A DNA stretch of 64,000 nt, taken from NCBI GenBank assembly GCA_965226795.1, contig CBDDDZ010000005.1:1088001-1152000 (forward strand), in the 5' to 3' direction. The DNA is from Candidatus Latescibacterota bacterium. Lineage in GTDB: Bacteria > Latescibacterota > UBA2968 > GCA-2709665. Position numbers and translations under genes: made by a program. The notes under the pieces are model-generated. The model made no database searches. It was not told where the DNA came from and saw only the letters and a program-made list of their open reading frames with translations. Positions 1 to 9,317 of this stretch are shown piece after piece. Position 1 is the first letter of the stretch. Each line of letters starts with the position of its first letter.

Positions 1-1054
1 TGGCAGCGACTTCACCCAGACGAAATTCAACCGGGCCGTACAGGCGCTACGCCAGCCAGGATCGGCATTTAAGCCGATCATTTATGCGTCGGCCATTGCG
101 CAAAAGGTCCCGCCCACGCGTCGGTATCCGGATACGGCTGTTACGGTAGAGATGTACGACGGCAGCCTGTGGCGACCGCAGAACTACGATCGGAAGTTCC
201 TGGGCTGGATGACGATGCGGGACGGCCTTGCCATGTCTCGGAATGTGGTGACAACGAAAATTCTGGAAGAGATCGGGCCCCGAACCGCGGTGCGCCAGGC
301 GAAACGCATGGGAATTTCCAGCAGGATCCGGGCCGTGAAGTCCCTCGGTATGGGTACAAGCGAGGTGAAATTGATCGACCTGGTGGCCGCATACGGGACG
401 TTTCCCAACGGTGGCATCCGTGTGGAGCCGGTCGCCATTCTGAAGATCACGGACAAGGGCGGCAACGTTATCGAAAGCCGGGTTCAGGGCAAGGAGCACG
501 AAGCGCTCAGTGCGGAGGCGGCCGCCGTAGCGACAAGCATGCTCCGGTCCGTGATGGATATGCGCAAGCAGACACCGAAAGGAATCTGGCGCGGCACCGG
601 ATCGGGCGCCCGATCGATATATGGGTTTCGGCGGCCGGCGGCAGGAAAAACGGGTACCACTCAGAACTTCGCGGACACGTGGTTTGTGGGCTTCACCCCA
701 CAGATCGTGGCTGGCGTCTGGGTAGGGTTCGACGACTATCGGGTCTCTCTGGGAAGCCGGATGTCGGGCGCGGCCGTGGCGTTGCCGGTGTGGGCGAAAT
801 TCATGAAAAAAGTACACGAGACACTCGATTTGCCACAGGAGGAATTCGAACTGCCACCGGGCGTGGCCCAGTTGGAGGTATGTGGCGATACGTTTGAGGT
901 GGCGTCGATGTATTGCCCGAATCGATTGGAAGAAGTGTTTGTGCCCGGGTCCGAACCGACATCTCCCTGTCCTGACCATACGGCGGCCGTCGTCCGGCAT
1001 CCGGAACTGAAGAAACAGGACCGGGAGAACGCGAAACGTGCATATCAGTTTTAG
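1..1054 (+). CDS. Penicillin-binding protein 1A family, C-terminal transpeptidase part (5' truncated by window)
   Basis: Frame is open from position 2 and reads RQPGSAFKP (SxxK), SRN (SxN) and GKTGTTQ (KTG), then DTWFVGFTP and VAGVWVGFDD. Confidence 0.9.
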   Translation, partial: GSDFTQTKFNRAVQALRQPGSAFKPIIYASAIAQKVPPTRRYPDTAVTVEMYDGSLWRPQNYDRKFLGWMTMRDGLAMSRNVVTTKILEEIGPRTAVRQAKRMGISSRIRAVKSLGMGTSEVKLIDLVAAYGTFPNGGIRVEPVAILKITDKGGNVIESRVQGKEHEALSAEAAAVATSMLRSVMDMRKQTPKGIWRGTGSGARSIYGFRRPAAGKTGTTQNFADTWFVGFTPQIVAGVWVGFDDYRVSLGSRMSGAAVALPVWAKFMKKVHETLDLPQEEFELPPGVAQLEVCGDTFEVASMYCPNRLEEVFVPGSEPTSPCPDHTAAVVRHPELKKQDRENAKRAYQF

Positions 1055-1117
1055 TGTCTCGGCCCGATTCCCTTGCCGCGCCTGTTTAAGCGGTTAAACA
1101 GGGCACAATTGGACAAG

Positions 1118-1150
1118 AAAAAAGCCCGGCGATGTTCGCCGGGCTTTTTT
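1118..1150. terminator. Bidirectional intrinsic terminator between convergent PBP1A and secDF
   Basis: AAAAAAGCCCGGCGA-TGT-TCGCCGGGCTTTTTT, a perfect stem with A and T tracts on both sides. Confidence 0.85.
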
Positions 1151-1170
1151 ACAGGGTTCAGATTCCCGTG

Positions 1171-3729
1171 TTATGCTCTCGCGCGACGGGAGGCCACGAC
1201 GGCTGTCTCCTTCCGGCGGTCGACGGCATTCTGCCAGACCAGCACGAGAGGACTGGCCACGAATGAGGAAGAATAGGTTCCTACGATCACCCCGATCATT
1301 AGAGCAAATGCAAAATCACGAATAACCTCCCCGCCAAGGAGAAGCAGGCCCAGGACAACGAGCAGCGTTGTACCCGAGGTGAGAACCGTCCGGTTGAGGC
1401 TGTCGTTGATGCTCCGGTTGATGACCTCGGCCGAGCTGTCGCGGCGGTAGAGTTTTCGATTCTCCCGGATGCGATCGTATACCACGATGGTATCGTTCAG
1501 TGAGTACCCGACGATCGTAAGCAGCGCGGCCACAATGGCGAGAGAAATCTCTTTATCCAACAGGGAAAAAACGCCCAGAGTGAGCAGCACGTCGTGGAAC
1601 AGCGCCACGACAGCGGCGATGCCGAACTGGATCTGTTTGAAACGCCACCAGATGTAGAATACGATCAGAACCAGGGAGACGAAAATTGCGTTGACGGCGT
1701 TCTGTTTAAGTTCGCTGCCAATCTTGGGCCCAACCGCCTCCTGACGCCTCAACCACTGAGTCGGATCGGGAATGCTGGACGCAAATGTCGACTTGAGGGT
1801 GTTCTTTATGGCGTCGGCCGTGACTGTCCCTTCCGTTTCTTCCTCCACGCGAATCAGAATATCGGAAGCAGGGCCGAATACTTTGATTTCGCTGTGTCTC
1901 AGGTCCCGTTTTTTACCCTCCACGTCGACGTCCCGCAGGGCGTCCCGCAGGTTTGCGACCTCTACCGGCGGATTGAAGTGCAACTCCAACAGGGTACCGC
2001 CCGCGAAGTCAATTCCGAGGTTGTAGCCTCCCTTGGTGATCGTGGAACCCAGACCGACCAGGATAAGAAACGCCGAAAGCACGAACGCAGGTTTGCGCAG
2101 GGTAAGGAAGTCGAATGATGGACGACGGAAAATGGTCAGCCTGCCTATACTGATGGAAGTGAGTTGCCAGCGATTGATCGCGATATTGAAAAGGATCCGT
2201 GTGACGAACAGGGAGGTGTACATACTGCATAGAATACCGACCATGAGCGTCAGGGCGAAACCCCGGATAGGACCCGTACCGAACTGGTAGAGCACAACGG
2301 CGGTGATAACCGTGGTGATATTGGCGTCGACAATGGTGAGCATCGCTCTGCCGTATCCGTCTTGGACGGCGACGCGGAGGGTCTTGCCGTTACGCAACTC
2401 TTCACGGATACGCTCGAAGATGAGCACGTTGGCGTCGACGGCCATACCGATCATGAGAATGATCCCGGCAATTCCAGGCAAGGTGAGCGTGCCACCGAAC
2501 CCGGCCAGGATCGCCATCACGAACAGGAGATTCAGGATCAATGCAAAGTTGGCTACGAGCCCGGAAAGGCCGTAGTAGAGAACCATAAATATCATAACGA
2601 TTGCCAGACCGATCAGGGCGGCCTTCCGCCCCTGCTCGATGGAATCCCGTCCGAGCGAAGGCCCGACGGTCCGGTCTTCTACAATCGGCGCGTTGGCCGG
2701 AAGGGCCCCCGCCCGCAGCACAATGGCTAGGTCTTTCGCCTCCTCCAGGTCGCCACTGCCTTCGATAATGGACCGCCCATCACGAATCTTAGCGCGAACG
2801 GTAGGCGCCGAGTAAACCTGGTCATCGAGAATGATGGCCATGCGTTCGTTCAGGTGGGCCCCGGTTACCCGGGAGAAGCGTTTGATGCCCTCGTTTGTTG
2901 TGGTAAAGTTGATAATGGACTGCCCTGCATTTTCAAAACTCTGACCCTTGGTAACCTTGGCGTCCTGAACAATGTCGCCGGTCATTTCGATGCGCTTGTA
3001 AAGATAATAGAGTCGTCGATATTCCTGACCATCGCCGAACTCTTCCACTTCGTTTCCCCAGAGGAACTCGGTATCGTCCGGAATGAGATCCCGGATTTCG
3101 GGGTCTTTAAATAGGATGCCCTTTACGGTCTGTATCTTGTCGGCAGGAACAATCAGATCTTCGCTTTGGCCCAGGGCGAGCACATATCGTTTAATGGAGG
3201 GTGTTTCGTCGATGGCCTCCTCTTCAAAAAGGCCACCAACATCCCTTCTTGTCGTGTCTTCTCCGGCTCTTGCGACCAGGCGCGTTTCTATTTTGTCGAG
3301 TACACCCAAGCCGTCGTTCTTGGGTGCGAGAATTTTGAATTCGAGGCGCGCCTGCGTTTGAATGAGATTCTTGGCGCGCTCCACATCCTGCACGCCAGGA
3401 AGTTCGACCACAATTCGCCACTCCCCCTCCCGATGGATGATGGGTTCGGCCACACCGAACTGATCGACCCGGTTGGTGATGATTTCTTTAACGCGATCCA
3501 CAACATCCGCCCGTTCGTCTTCGGAAAGGCCGGTCGGATCCACCTCAAGAACCAGATGGATTCCGCCCTGGAGATCCAGGCCGAGGTTGACGGCTTCCCG
3601 TTTGACGGCTTCGAGTTTATCGGGATCCGCAGGCGGGTCGAAATAATACCGGTACGTGGGAAAAAGGTAATACAACGCCAGCAGGATCGTAGCGAGGACA
3701 ATCAGGATGCGATGGTTATCTCTTTTCAT
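1171..3729 (-). CDS. secDF: Protein translocase subunit SecDF (fused SecD-SecF)
   Basis: SecD motifs LGLDLQGG, RVDQFGVAEP, VGPSLG, GMAVDANVLIFERIREE; SecF motifs LGIDFAGG, GYSLNDTIVVYDRIRE. Confidence 0.95.
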   Translation of the reverse strand: MKRDNHRILIVLATILLALYYLFPTYRYYFDPPADPDKLEAVKREAVNLGLDLQGGIHLVLEVDPTGLSEDERADVVDRVKEIITNRVDQFGVAEPIIHREGEWRIVVELPGVQDVERAKNLIQTQARLEFKILAPKNDGLGVLDKIETRLVARAGEDTTRRDVGGLFEEEAIDETPSIKRYVLALGQSEDLIVPADKIQTVKGILFKDPEIRDLIPDDTEFLWGNEVEEFGDGQEYRRLYYLYKRIEMTGDIVQDAKVTKGQSFENAGQSIINFTTTNEGIKRFSRVTGAHLNERMAIILDDQVYSAPTVRAKIRDGRSIIEGSGDLEEAKDLAIVLRAGALPANAPIVEDRTVGPSLGRDSIEQGRKAALIGLAIVMIFMVLYYGLSGLVANFALILNLLFVMAILAGFGGTLTLPGIAGIILMIGMAVDANVLIFERIREELRNGKTLRVAVQDGYGRAMLTIVDANITTVITAVVLYQFGTGPIRGFALTLMVGILCSMYTSLFVTRILFNIAINRWQLTSISIGRLTIFRRPSFDFLTLRKPAFVLSAFLILVGLGSTITKGGYNLGIDFAGGTLLELHFNPPVEVANLRDALRDVDVEGKKRDLRHSEIKVFGPASDILIRVEEETEGTVTADAIKNTLKSTFASSIPDPTQWLRRQEAVGPKIGSELKQNAVNAIFVSLVLIVFYIWWRFKQIQFGIAAVVALFHDVLLTLGVFSLLDKEISLAIVAALLTIVGYSLNDTIVVYDRIRENRKLYRRDSSAEVINRSINDSLNRTVLTSGTTLLVVLGLLLLGGEVIRDFAFALMIGVIVGTYSSSFVASPLVLVWQNAVDRRKETAVVASRRARA

Positions 3730-3815
3730 TTTTGAGTTTTGACTCCTGTGAACACGACGGATCCGGGATCGGGATAGCGTCTGGCGTCGAATGCTGTTCC
3801 TGAGGTCGCGTCGAT

Positions 3816-4781
3816 CTAAGTCTGCCGATCAACCACGTGTCTCACCGCGAGTTCCAGCGCATTTCGGGCTTCCGACGATTTCAGTTCGGCCAGGCTCTTC
3901 AGACCGGACGAGGCGTACTCCCGTGCCTCCTGCCGGGCGGCTTCGATGCCCTCGTAACGCCTTACGAAGTGGAAGACTTCCTGGAGGTCGGCATCGGATT
4001 CAATGCCTTTCCGCACTTTTGCCTGTATCTGTTCGGCGTCGCCGTTGGGGCAATTGGCCAGAGCCCGAATCAACGGCAACGTCAGTTTTCTCTCGCGCAC
4101 GTCGCTGCCCACCGGCTTGCCCAGAGATTCTTCGTCGCCAATAAAGTCCAGCAAATCGTCGGTAATCTGGAAGGCGATTCCCACTTCCTTTCCGAACGTG
4201 GTCATCCGCGAGACCTGCTCGGGTGTGCCGCCCCCCAATATGGCGCCAACCTCGCAGGCCAAGGACATCAGCGATGCGGTTTTCTTGTCGATCATGTTGA
4301 AATAGCGCGCAGCCTCGGCATCGTTTCCGCTCTCGACCTCCAGAATTTCGCCCTCAATCATCCGGCTGACGGCGCGTGTGGCGGCTCGCATCACTTCCAT
4401 GGAATCGAGGCCGACCAGAAGTTGCAACGCCCTGGCGAGCAGGAAATCTCCCATCAGGACTGCCGCCTTGTTGCCCCATTTGAGGTTGAGGACCTCAGCA
4501 CCCCTGCGTTTGTCGGCAAGATCGATAACGTCATCGTGAATAAGTGTCGCTGTGTGGATGATTTCAATTCCCGCAGCCGCATCCACGACCCTGTTGGAAC
4601 ATTGCCCGATGGCCTGTGCAGTAAGTAGAGAGAGGGCCGGACGAATGATTTTGCCCTTCGTCGTAAGAATATGGCTGCCCATGGCCTGAACCAGATTGAC
4701 ATCGGAGGCCAGCGTCTCCGTGAAACGCCTTTCGAATCGCTCGATCTGGTGTTGTATGGGCTGAAGAATCTGATCTAGCAT
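3816..4781 (-). CDS. Polyprenyl diphosphate synthase (IspB/HepT-like)
   Basis: GKxIRP, first DDxxD (HDDVIDLADKRRG), KTA, second DDxxD (FQITDDLLD), GKPVGSD. Confidence 0.93.
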   Translation of the reverse strand: MLDQILQPIQHQIERFERRFTETLASDVNLVQAMGSHILTTKGKIIRPALSLLTAQAIGQCSNRVVDAAAGIEIIHTATLIHDDVIDLADKRRGAEVLNLKWGNKAAVLMGDFLLARALQLLVGLDSMEVMRAATRAVSRMIEGEILEVESGNDAEAARYFNMIDKKTASLMSLACEVGAILGGGTPEQVSRMTTFGKEVGIAFQITDDLLDFIGDEESLGKPVGSDVRERKLTLPLIRALANCPNGDAEQIQAKVRKGIESDADLQEVFHFVRRYEGIEAARQEAREYASSGLKSLAELKSSEARNALELAVRHVVDRQT

Positions 4782-4860
4782 AGGGTATTGGGATGGCCGT
4801 GTGCAAGCCGCGGGTCAAACCTGTGGATACTAGAGTTTCCTTATTGGGATAAGACCTCGA

Positions 4861-4889
4861 AAACTAACAAAAACGAGCGTATTTGTCAA
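4861..4889 (-). promoter_or_regulatory. Putative sigma70 promoter of the polyprenyl synthase-secDF unit
   Basis: Minus strand TTGACA-17bp-TAGTTT with an extended -10 TG. Confidence 0.5.
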
Positions 4890-7621
4890 TCATTAGCTAA
4901 GCATTCGGTACACGTGCGGTTCACGATTTTCCACGTTTCGGCGGGAATGGCATCATATCCGAGACCGTCGCGTTTGGTGTAGATGCTCGCCGAGTGGTTG
5001 TCGGATTCAATGTGGAGAATGGGGTATCCCGTGTCATAGGGTCCGCCCCTGACCAGCAAGGTTTTGCCGATCAGATTCTCATCGGAAAGCGGCCGTTCGA
5101 TCCGGTAAAGGCTGCGGAGGTTATCGGTGATCACGTCCACAATCGTTCCGCGCAGAACCGGATCCTCCAGTTCGAGCGCGTGGGCGTTCAGGCTTGCTCG
5201 TGTACCGCCAAGAAGATAGGCAAACGTCAGGTCCCCGTCCGATGCCAGGGAGAATACGGAAACGCGGCCGTTCGTATCAAGGGACCCTTCAGGAGTTTCA
5301 AAAGCGGCGGTTTGACCTTCAGGACAGACCGTCACGAGGTCCGTGCCCGATTCGCGTGTGACGCGGATACACACGCCGTCCCCGGTGCCGGAGACCACGC
5401 TCTCCACTGCCGTTACGAACTGACGGGAACGGGGACTGACGTCGTAGAGGCTTAGAAAGACGCTATGGGCGGGCAGCCCGGTGCGGCGGCGGATTACATA
5501 CGGGACGGTCTCACCGGTCTGGATGTTGTCACGAGAGCCGGTGCCCCTTTCCCCCCATCCCGATCCGATGAGCACCTGTTCCTCGCCGCATGGCAGCGCA
5601 TAGGCGGTGAACCGTTGCCGGTCCAGGTCGAAGTGGACGGACCAGGGCGTGTGGGCCTGAGCAGCCGCCAGGTTCGTTAAATCCCGCCATTCGGCGTCGG
5701 TCGGTCGAAGGTCCAGATTCCGCGGGACGCCTTCGGCGACCGGACCGTGGAACAGATAGTCGTGAACGCGGCCGCCGGTCACCCGAAAACAGTCGATCAA
5801 ATAGCTGCCTCCGCCGCCGTGGTCGATAACGGCGCACAGGCGATGATACGTGTCGACATCGTATGCCCGGGACGAAACCGCGGCGACCTTTACCCGACCG
5901 GTGCTGTCGAACAGGTGGAGGCTGCCGCCGCGGCCGTCGCGTTTCTGGTCTTGCTCGTCGATGATTACGGTGTTGTGCGCAATGGTTCGAACGGTATGGT
6001 GTTTGTCGGGCCGGTCCCAGAGGTAACCGAGGTCGGTCAGGGCTTCCTGTCCGTCCTTCCAGTAGACCAGGTTCAGGCTGTCTTCGTGGTGATGCCCGCC
6101 CCAATCCGAGGCGCTCAGGAGCGCCGTACTCGCACGCCCGTGTTCGCCCGTGCGCAGCAGGCCGATCCGCAGGGCCGGAAAGAACTGGTCGGTAAGGAAC
6201 AGCCGAGCCGACGGGTCGGCTCTCAAATCCGGTGCACGGTGAAACAGCGCGTACTCCCCCCCGTGGTTTTCCAGATCGTATTCGCACAGTTCGGCAAGCA
6301 TGGCGATGTGGTTCGCGTCGCCGTAGCGGGCGACGAGTATATCTGCAACGGCAACGGACATCCTGCATGCGGTTACGTCGTCGGCGATTACGCCATAACC
6401 CAGGTCGGGCATCGGGCTCTTGACGTACCCCTCCAGTACCGCCCTGTACCGGCTGTCGCCGTAAATGTCCAGTTCCTGCGGGAGGCGTTCCGGTGAACCG
6501 GACTCCGCAGAACCGGCGTACCCATGCGCGGCGTCGGCAAAGTGACGAATGCCGTTGAGTGTCATGAATCCGTAGCCGGGCGATTCGGAACTCATTCCAT
6601 CTTCCAGAAACCAGTTGTAGACGAAATGATTGAACCCGTCCAGGCCGAAACGGACCAGATCCGGATCGGCAAGACAAAGGCCGACGAGGCCCGCGGCAGA
6701 GCGGTTGGTGGCGCTCTTGTTGTTGAAGTTCGGATCCGCGAGGAGAAGGATAGTGCTTTCAAGAAGGAGGTCGCGTTCAATCTTGTTGCAGACTTCGGGG
6801 GTATACACCGGCCGGCTGTCGGCTTCCGCGCCGCATGTGAGATCGTAGGCGACGGTGACATCGGAAACGAAGGTTCCTTCCATGCCCACCCCCGTAGCGC
6901 GTCCGGCCATCCAGTAGCCCACGTGTAGTTTGCGGTCGGGTCGGTTTGGCGGCACCACCAGTTCCGGTTTCGGCAGATCCAGGATATCTCTCGCAGCGAC
7001 CCTTGCGGGCGAGTCCGAAAATTCGCCGTACCCGGAGTGAACCATGTAACCGGGATAGACCTCGGCGAACCGCAGGAGGATGTCCCTGGCCTTTTCGGCG
7101 TGGCCAATCTCTTGCGTCAGGACATAGGCCACGGCGCACTGATGGGCGATACGCGCCATATACTCGCATTTGCGGGCCCGGATATTGGCGGTCCACGAGG
7201 AGACAAAGGGGAATCCGATGAGGTCCCAGTGTTTGCCCGTAAAGTACGTGATTTCCTGCCCTCCGCCGAAATCGGTCTTGAATACCACGTCTTCCGGGTA
7301 GTCGGCATTGGGATAGACGGTCTGGCAGGTGGTACAGATCAGTTGGTCGGGATTCTCCGGTACCCATTTATAGTGTCCGTGAACAGGGGCCGCCTCGCAG
7401 GCAGGACACATGGTAAAGAGCGCGCTGCCCGGGGTTTCCAGGGGAATCCAGCTCTCGAGGCCCTGGACGGACGTGTGCCGCACCTGATCGACTGACGACA
7501 GGAGATCTTCCAGAAAACGTCGGGCCCAGGCGTGACGTTCGATGTTTCCACGAGCGACTTCGAGATCCTGTGATTTAAACAAGGTTGTGGGGCGTCGGTC
7601 TGGATTGGTGCTGGTTTTCAT
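4886..7621 (-). CDS. Heparinase II/III-like polysaccharide lyase family protein with N-terminal Cys4 motif
   Basis: DGMSSESPGY, GGHHHEDSLN, DLGY and AHNTVIIDEQDQ are typical of heparinase II/III C-domains; CPAC...CTTC near the N-terminus; no signal peptide. Confidence 0.7.
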   Translation of the reverse strand: MKTSTNPDRRPTTLFKSQDLEVARGNIERHAWARRFLEDLLSSVDQVRHTSVQGLESWIPLETPGSALFTMCPACEAAPVHGHYKWVPENPDQLICTTCQTVYPNADYPEDVVFKTDFGGGQEITYFTGKHWDLIGFPFVSSWTANIRARKCEYMARIAHQCAVAYVLTQEIGHAEKARDILLRFAEVYPGYMVHSGYGEFSDSPARVAARDILDLPKPELVVPPNRPDRKLHVGYWMAGRATGVGMEGTFVSDVTVAYDLTCGAEADSRPVYTPEVCNKIERDLLLESTILLLADPNFNNKSATNRSAAGLVGLCLADPDLVRFGLDGFNHFVYNWFLEDGMSSESPGYGFMTLNGIRHFADAAHGYAGSAESGSPERLPQELDIYGDSRYRAVLEGYVKSPMPDLGYGVIADDVTACRMSVAVADILVARYGDANHIAMLAELCEYDLENHGGEYALFHRAPDLRADPSARLFLTDQFFPALRIGLLRTGEHGRASTALLSASDWGGHHHEDSLNLVYWKDGQEALTDLGYLWDRPDKHHTVRTIAHNTVIIDEQDQKRDGRGGSLHLFDSTGRVKVAAVSSRAYDVDTYHRLCAVIDHGGGGSYLIDCFRVTGGRVHDYLFHGPVAEGVPRNLDLRPTDAEWRDLTNLAAAQAHTPWSVHFDLDRQRFTAYALPCGEEQVLIGSGWGERGTGSRDNIQTGETVPYVIRRRTGLPAHSVFLSLYDVSPRSRQFVTAVESVVSGTGDGVCIRVTRESGTDLVTVCPEGQTAAFETPEGSLDTNGRVSVFSLASDGDLTFAYLLGGTRASLNAHALELEDPVLRGTIVDVITDNLRSLYRIERPLSDENLIGKTLLVRGGPYDTGYPILHIESDNHSASIYTKRDGLGYDAIPAETWKIVNRTCTECLAND

Positions 7622-7679
7622 AGCGCTCCCGTTTCGTATTTGGCGTCTTACGGGTGCAGTGACCGCTTCCTGACGTTTG

Positions 7680-8426
7680 TTATTTCCCTGCCCGCGCCAG
7701 GAAATCGGCGGCCCCCGCAGCGATCCACGCGCCGATATTGCTCAACAGAAAGCGCGCGCCCAGGTCCGTGTATTTCTCCACGTTATTGTTGCCGGTCAGT
7801 GTGCCGGGCGTGCGTCCCGCGTCCCGGATGCGGATCAGGGTCTCGTCGACGGTGCGTTGCACATCGGGGTGGTCGTTGTTCCCGATGTGACCCATTGAGG
7901 CAGCCAGATCCGACGGCGCGACAAAGAACACGTCAATTTGATCCACCCCGAGGATGGCGTCCAGGTTCCGCACGGCGGCGATATCCTCGATGAGTACGAC
8001 GAAAAGCGTCTCGTTGTTTGCGGTATGCAGGTAGTCGGGTACGCCATAGCCCTGGCGGCTGGTGAAGAGGCCGCGTTTTCCGCCTGGCGCGAATTTGCCG
8101 CCATCGACGACGTTGCGTGCCTCTGCTTCCGAGTTGACGTGGGGAACGACGATGCCCTGCGCGCCCCGGTCCAGCGTACGGTATATGAGGGCCTGGTCGT
8201 TGCGGTTGACCCTGACGATCGAGGTCATACTCCAGATGTCGCAAGCCCTCGTGAGGTTGCCGAGGTCGGCCGCGTTGACGGGTCCGTGTTCTCCTTCCAG
8301 CCACACGCCGTCGAAGCCTGTATGGCCAAAGGCGTCGATGTCGTCGGGATGGGTGAGGCCGCCGGCGATACAGGCGACTCCGCCGTCGGCGAGTTTTCGT
8401 TTGACACGGTTTGGTCGGATGGTCAT
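7680..8426 (-). CDS. HpcH/HpaI aldolase family protein
   Basis: GFDGVWLEGEHG, LDRGAQGIVVPHV, GKRG, LIED, FFVAPSDLAASMG. Confidence 0.9.
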   Translation of the reverse strand: MTIRPNRVKRKLADGGVACIAGGLTHPDDIDAFGHTGFDGVWLEGEHGPVNAADLGNLTRACDIWSMTSIVRVNRNDQALIYRTLDRGAQGIVVPHVNSEAEARNVVDGGKFAPGGKRGLFTSRQGYGVPDYLHTANNETLFVVLIEDIAAVRNLDAILGVDQIDVFFVAPSDLAASMGHIGNNDHPDVQRTVDETLIRIRDAGRTPGTLTGNNNVEKYTDLGARFLLSNIGAWIAAGAADFLARAGK

Positions 8427-8480
8427 GGGCGGTTCTCCTTTTCGACTAGACCTGCGGGCCCGTAGAAACTGAAAACCCGT

Positions 8481-9266
8481 TCAGGTCGAACGTGGGTTGC
8501 ATTCCAGATCGATGCTGACCGGAGCATGGTCGGAAACGGTCAGGCCGGCCTGGCGGTCTACGGTGGCGGAACGGAGGCGTGCGGCGACCGCGGCGTTCCC
8601 GAGCAGGTAGTCGATTCGCCAGCCCCGGTCGAGTTCGCGGGCCCTCCCGCGATTGGACCACCAAGAATAGGGACCCTGTACATCTCCAAAATGCTGCCGC
8701 ACAAAGTCGTTCCAGCCGGCAGCCAGCAGGTCGGTCATCCACTGCCTTTCGTGTGGCAGGAATCCTGAGTTCTTTTCGTTCCCTTTGGCATAGAAAATGT
8801 CTTTTGCCGTGTGAGCAATGTTGAAGTCGCCGCCCAGAATCACGGGCTCACTACGTTGTGTGTGTTGCTTCGACCAGGGTAGAAACCGGGCCATCCAGAG
8901 ATCTTCCTTGATCTTCTGGCGATCTTCGCTGGATGAGCCGGAGGGAAGGTAGACGTTTACCAATCGGACGCCCTTTACACGCACCTGCAGGATCCGTCCT
9001 TCCGGATCGGTCTCGTGGATTCCGGTACCGAGGATCTCAAACCGGTGGCGGGACCAGACCGCAACCCCGGAATAACCTTTACGTTCGGCGGGATGCCAGT
9101 GGACATGCCAGCCGAGCGGATTGATCCACTCGTTGGGAAGCTGCTCCGGGAGTGCGCGGACTTCCTGGAGGAGGAGTACGTCCGGCGCGATCCGTTCGAC
9201 GTGTTGGGCAAAGCCTTTTCTGAGTGCGGCGCGCAGGCCGTTCACGTTCCAGGTGGTAATTCGCAT
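8481..9266 (-). CDS. xth: Exodeoxyribonuclease III / AP endonuclease
   Basis: TWNVNGLRA, LQE, KGYSGV, GDFNIAH, YSWWSNR, GWRIDY, SDHAP. Confidence 0.95.
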   Translation of the reverse strand: MRITTWNVNGLRAALRKGFAQHVERIAPDVLLLQEVRALPEQLPNEWINPLGWHVHWHPAERKGYSGVAVWSRHRFEILGTGIHETDPEGRILQVRVKGVRLVNVYLPSGSSSEDRQKIKEDLWMARFLPWSKQHTQRSEPVILGGDFNIAHTAKDIFYAKGNEKNSGFLPHERQWMTDLLAAGWNDFVRQHFGDVQGPYSWWSNRGRARELDRGWRIDYLLGNAAVAARLRSATVDRQAGLTVSDHAPVSIDLECNPRST

Positions 9267-9317
9267 GGACTGGGCGGGTGTGAGACCGCTGCCGGCTTGC
9301 CGGCGGCAGGCTTGGAT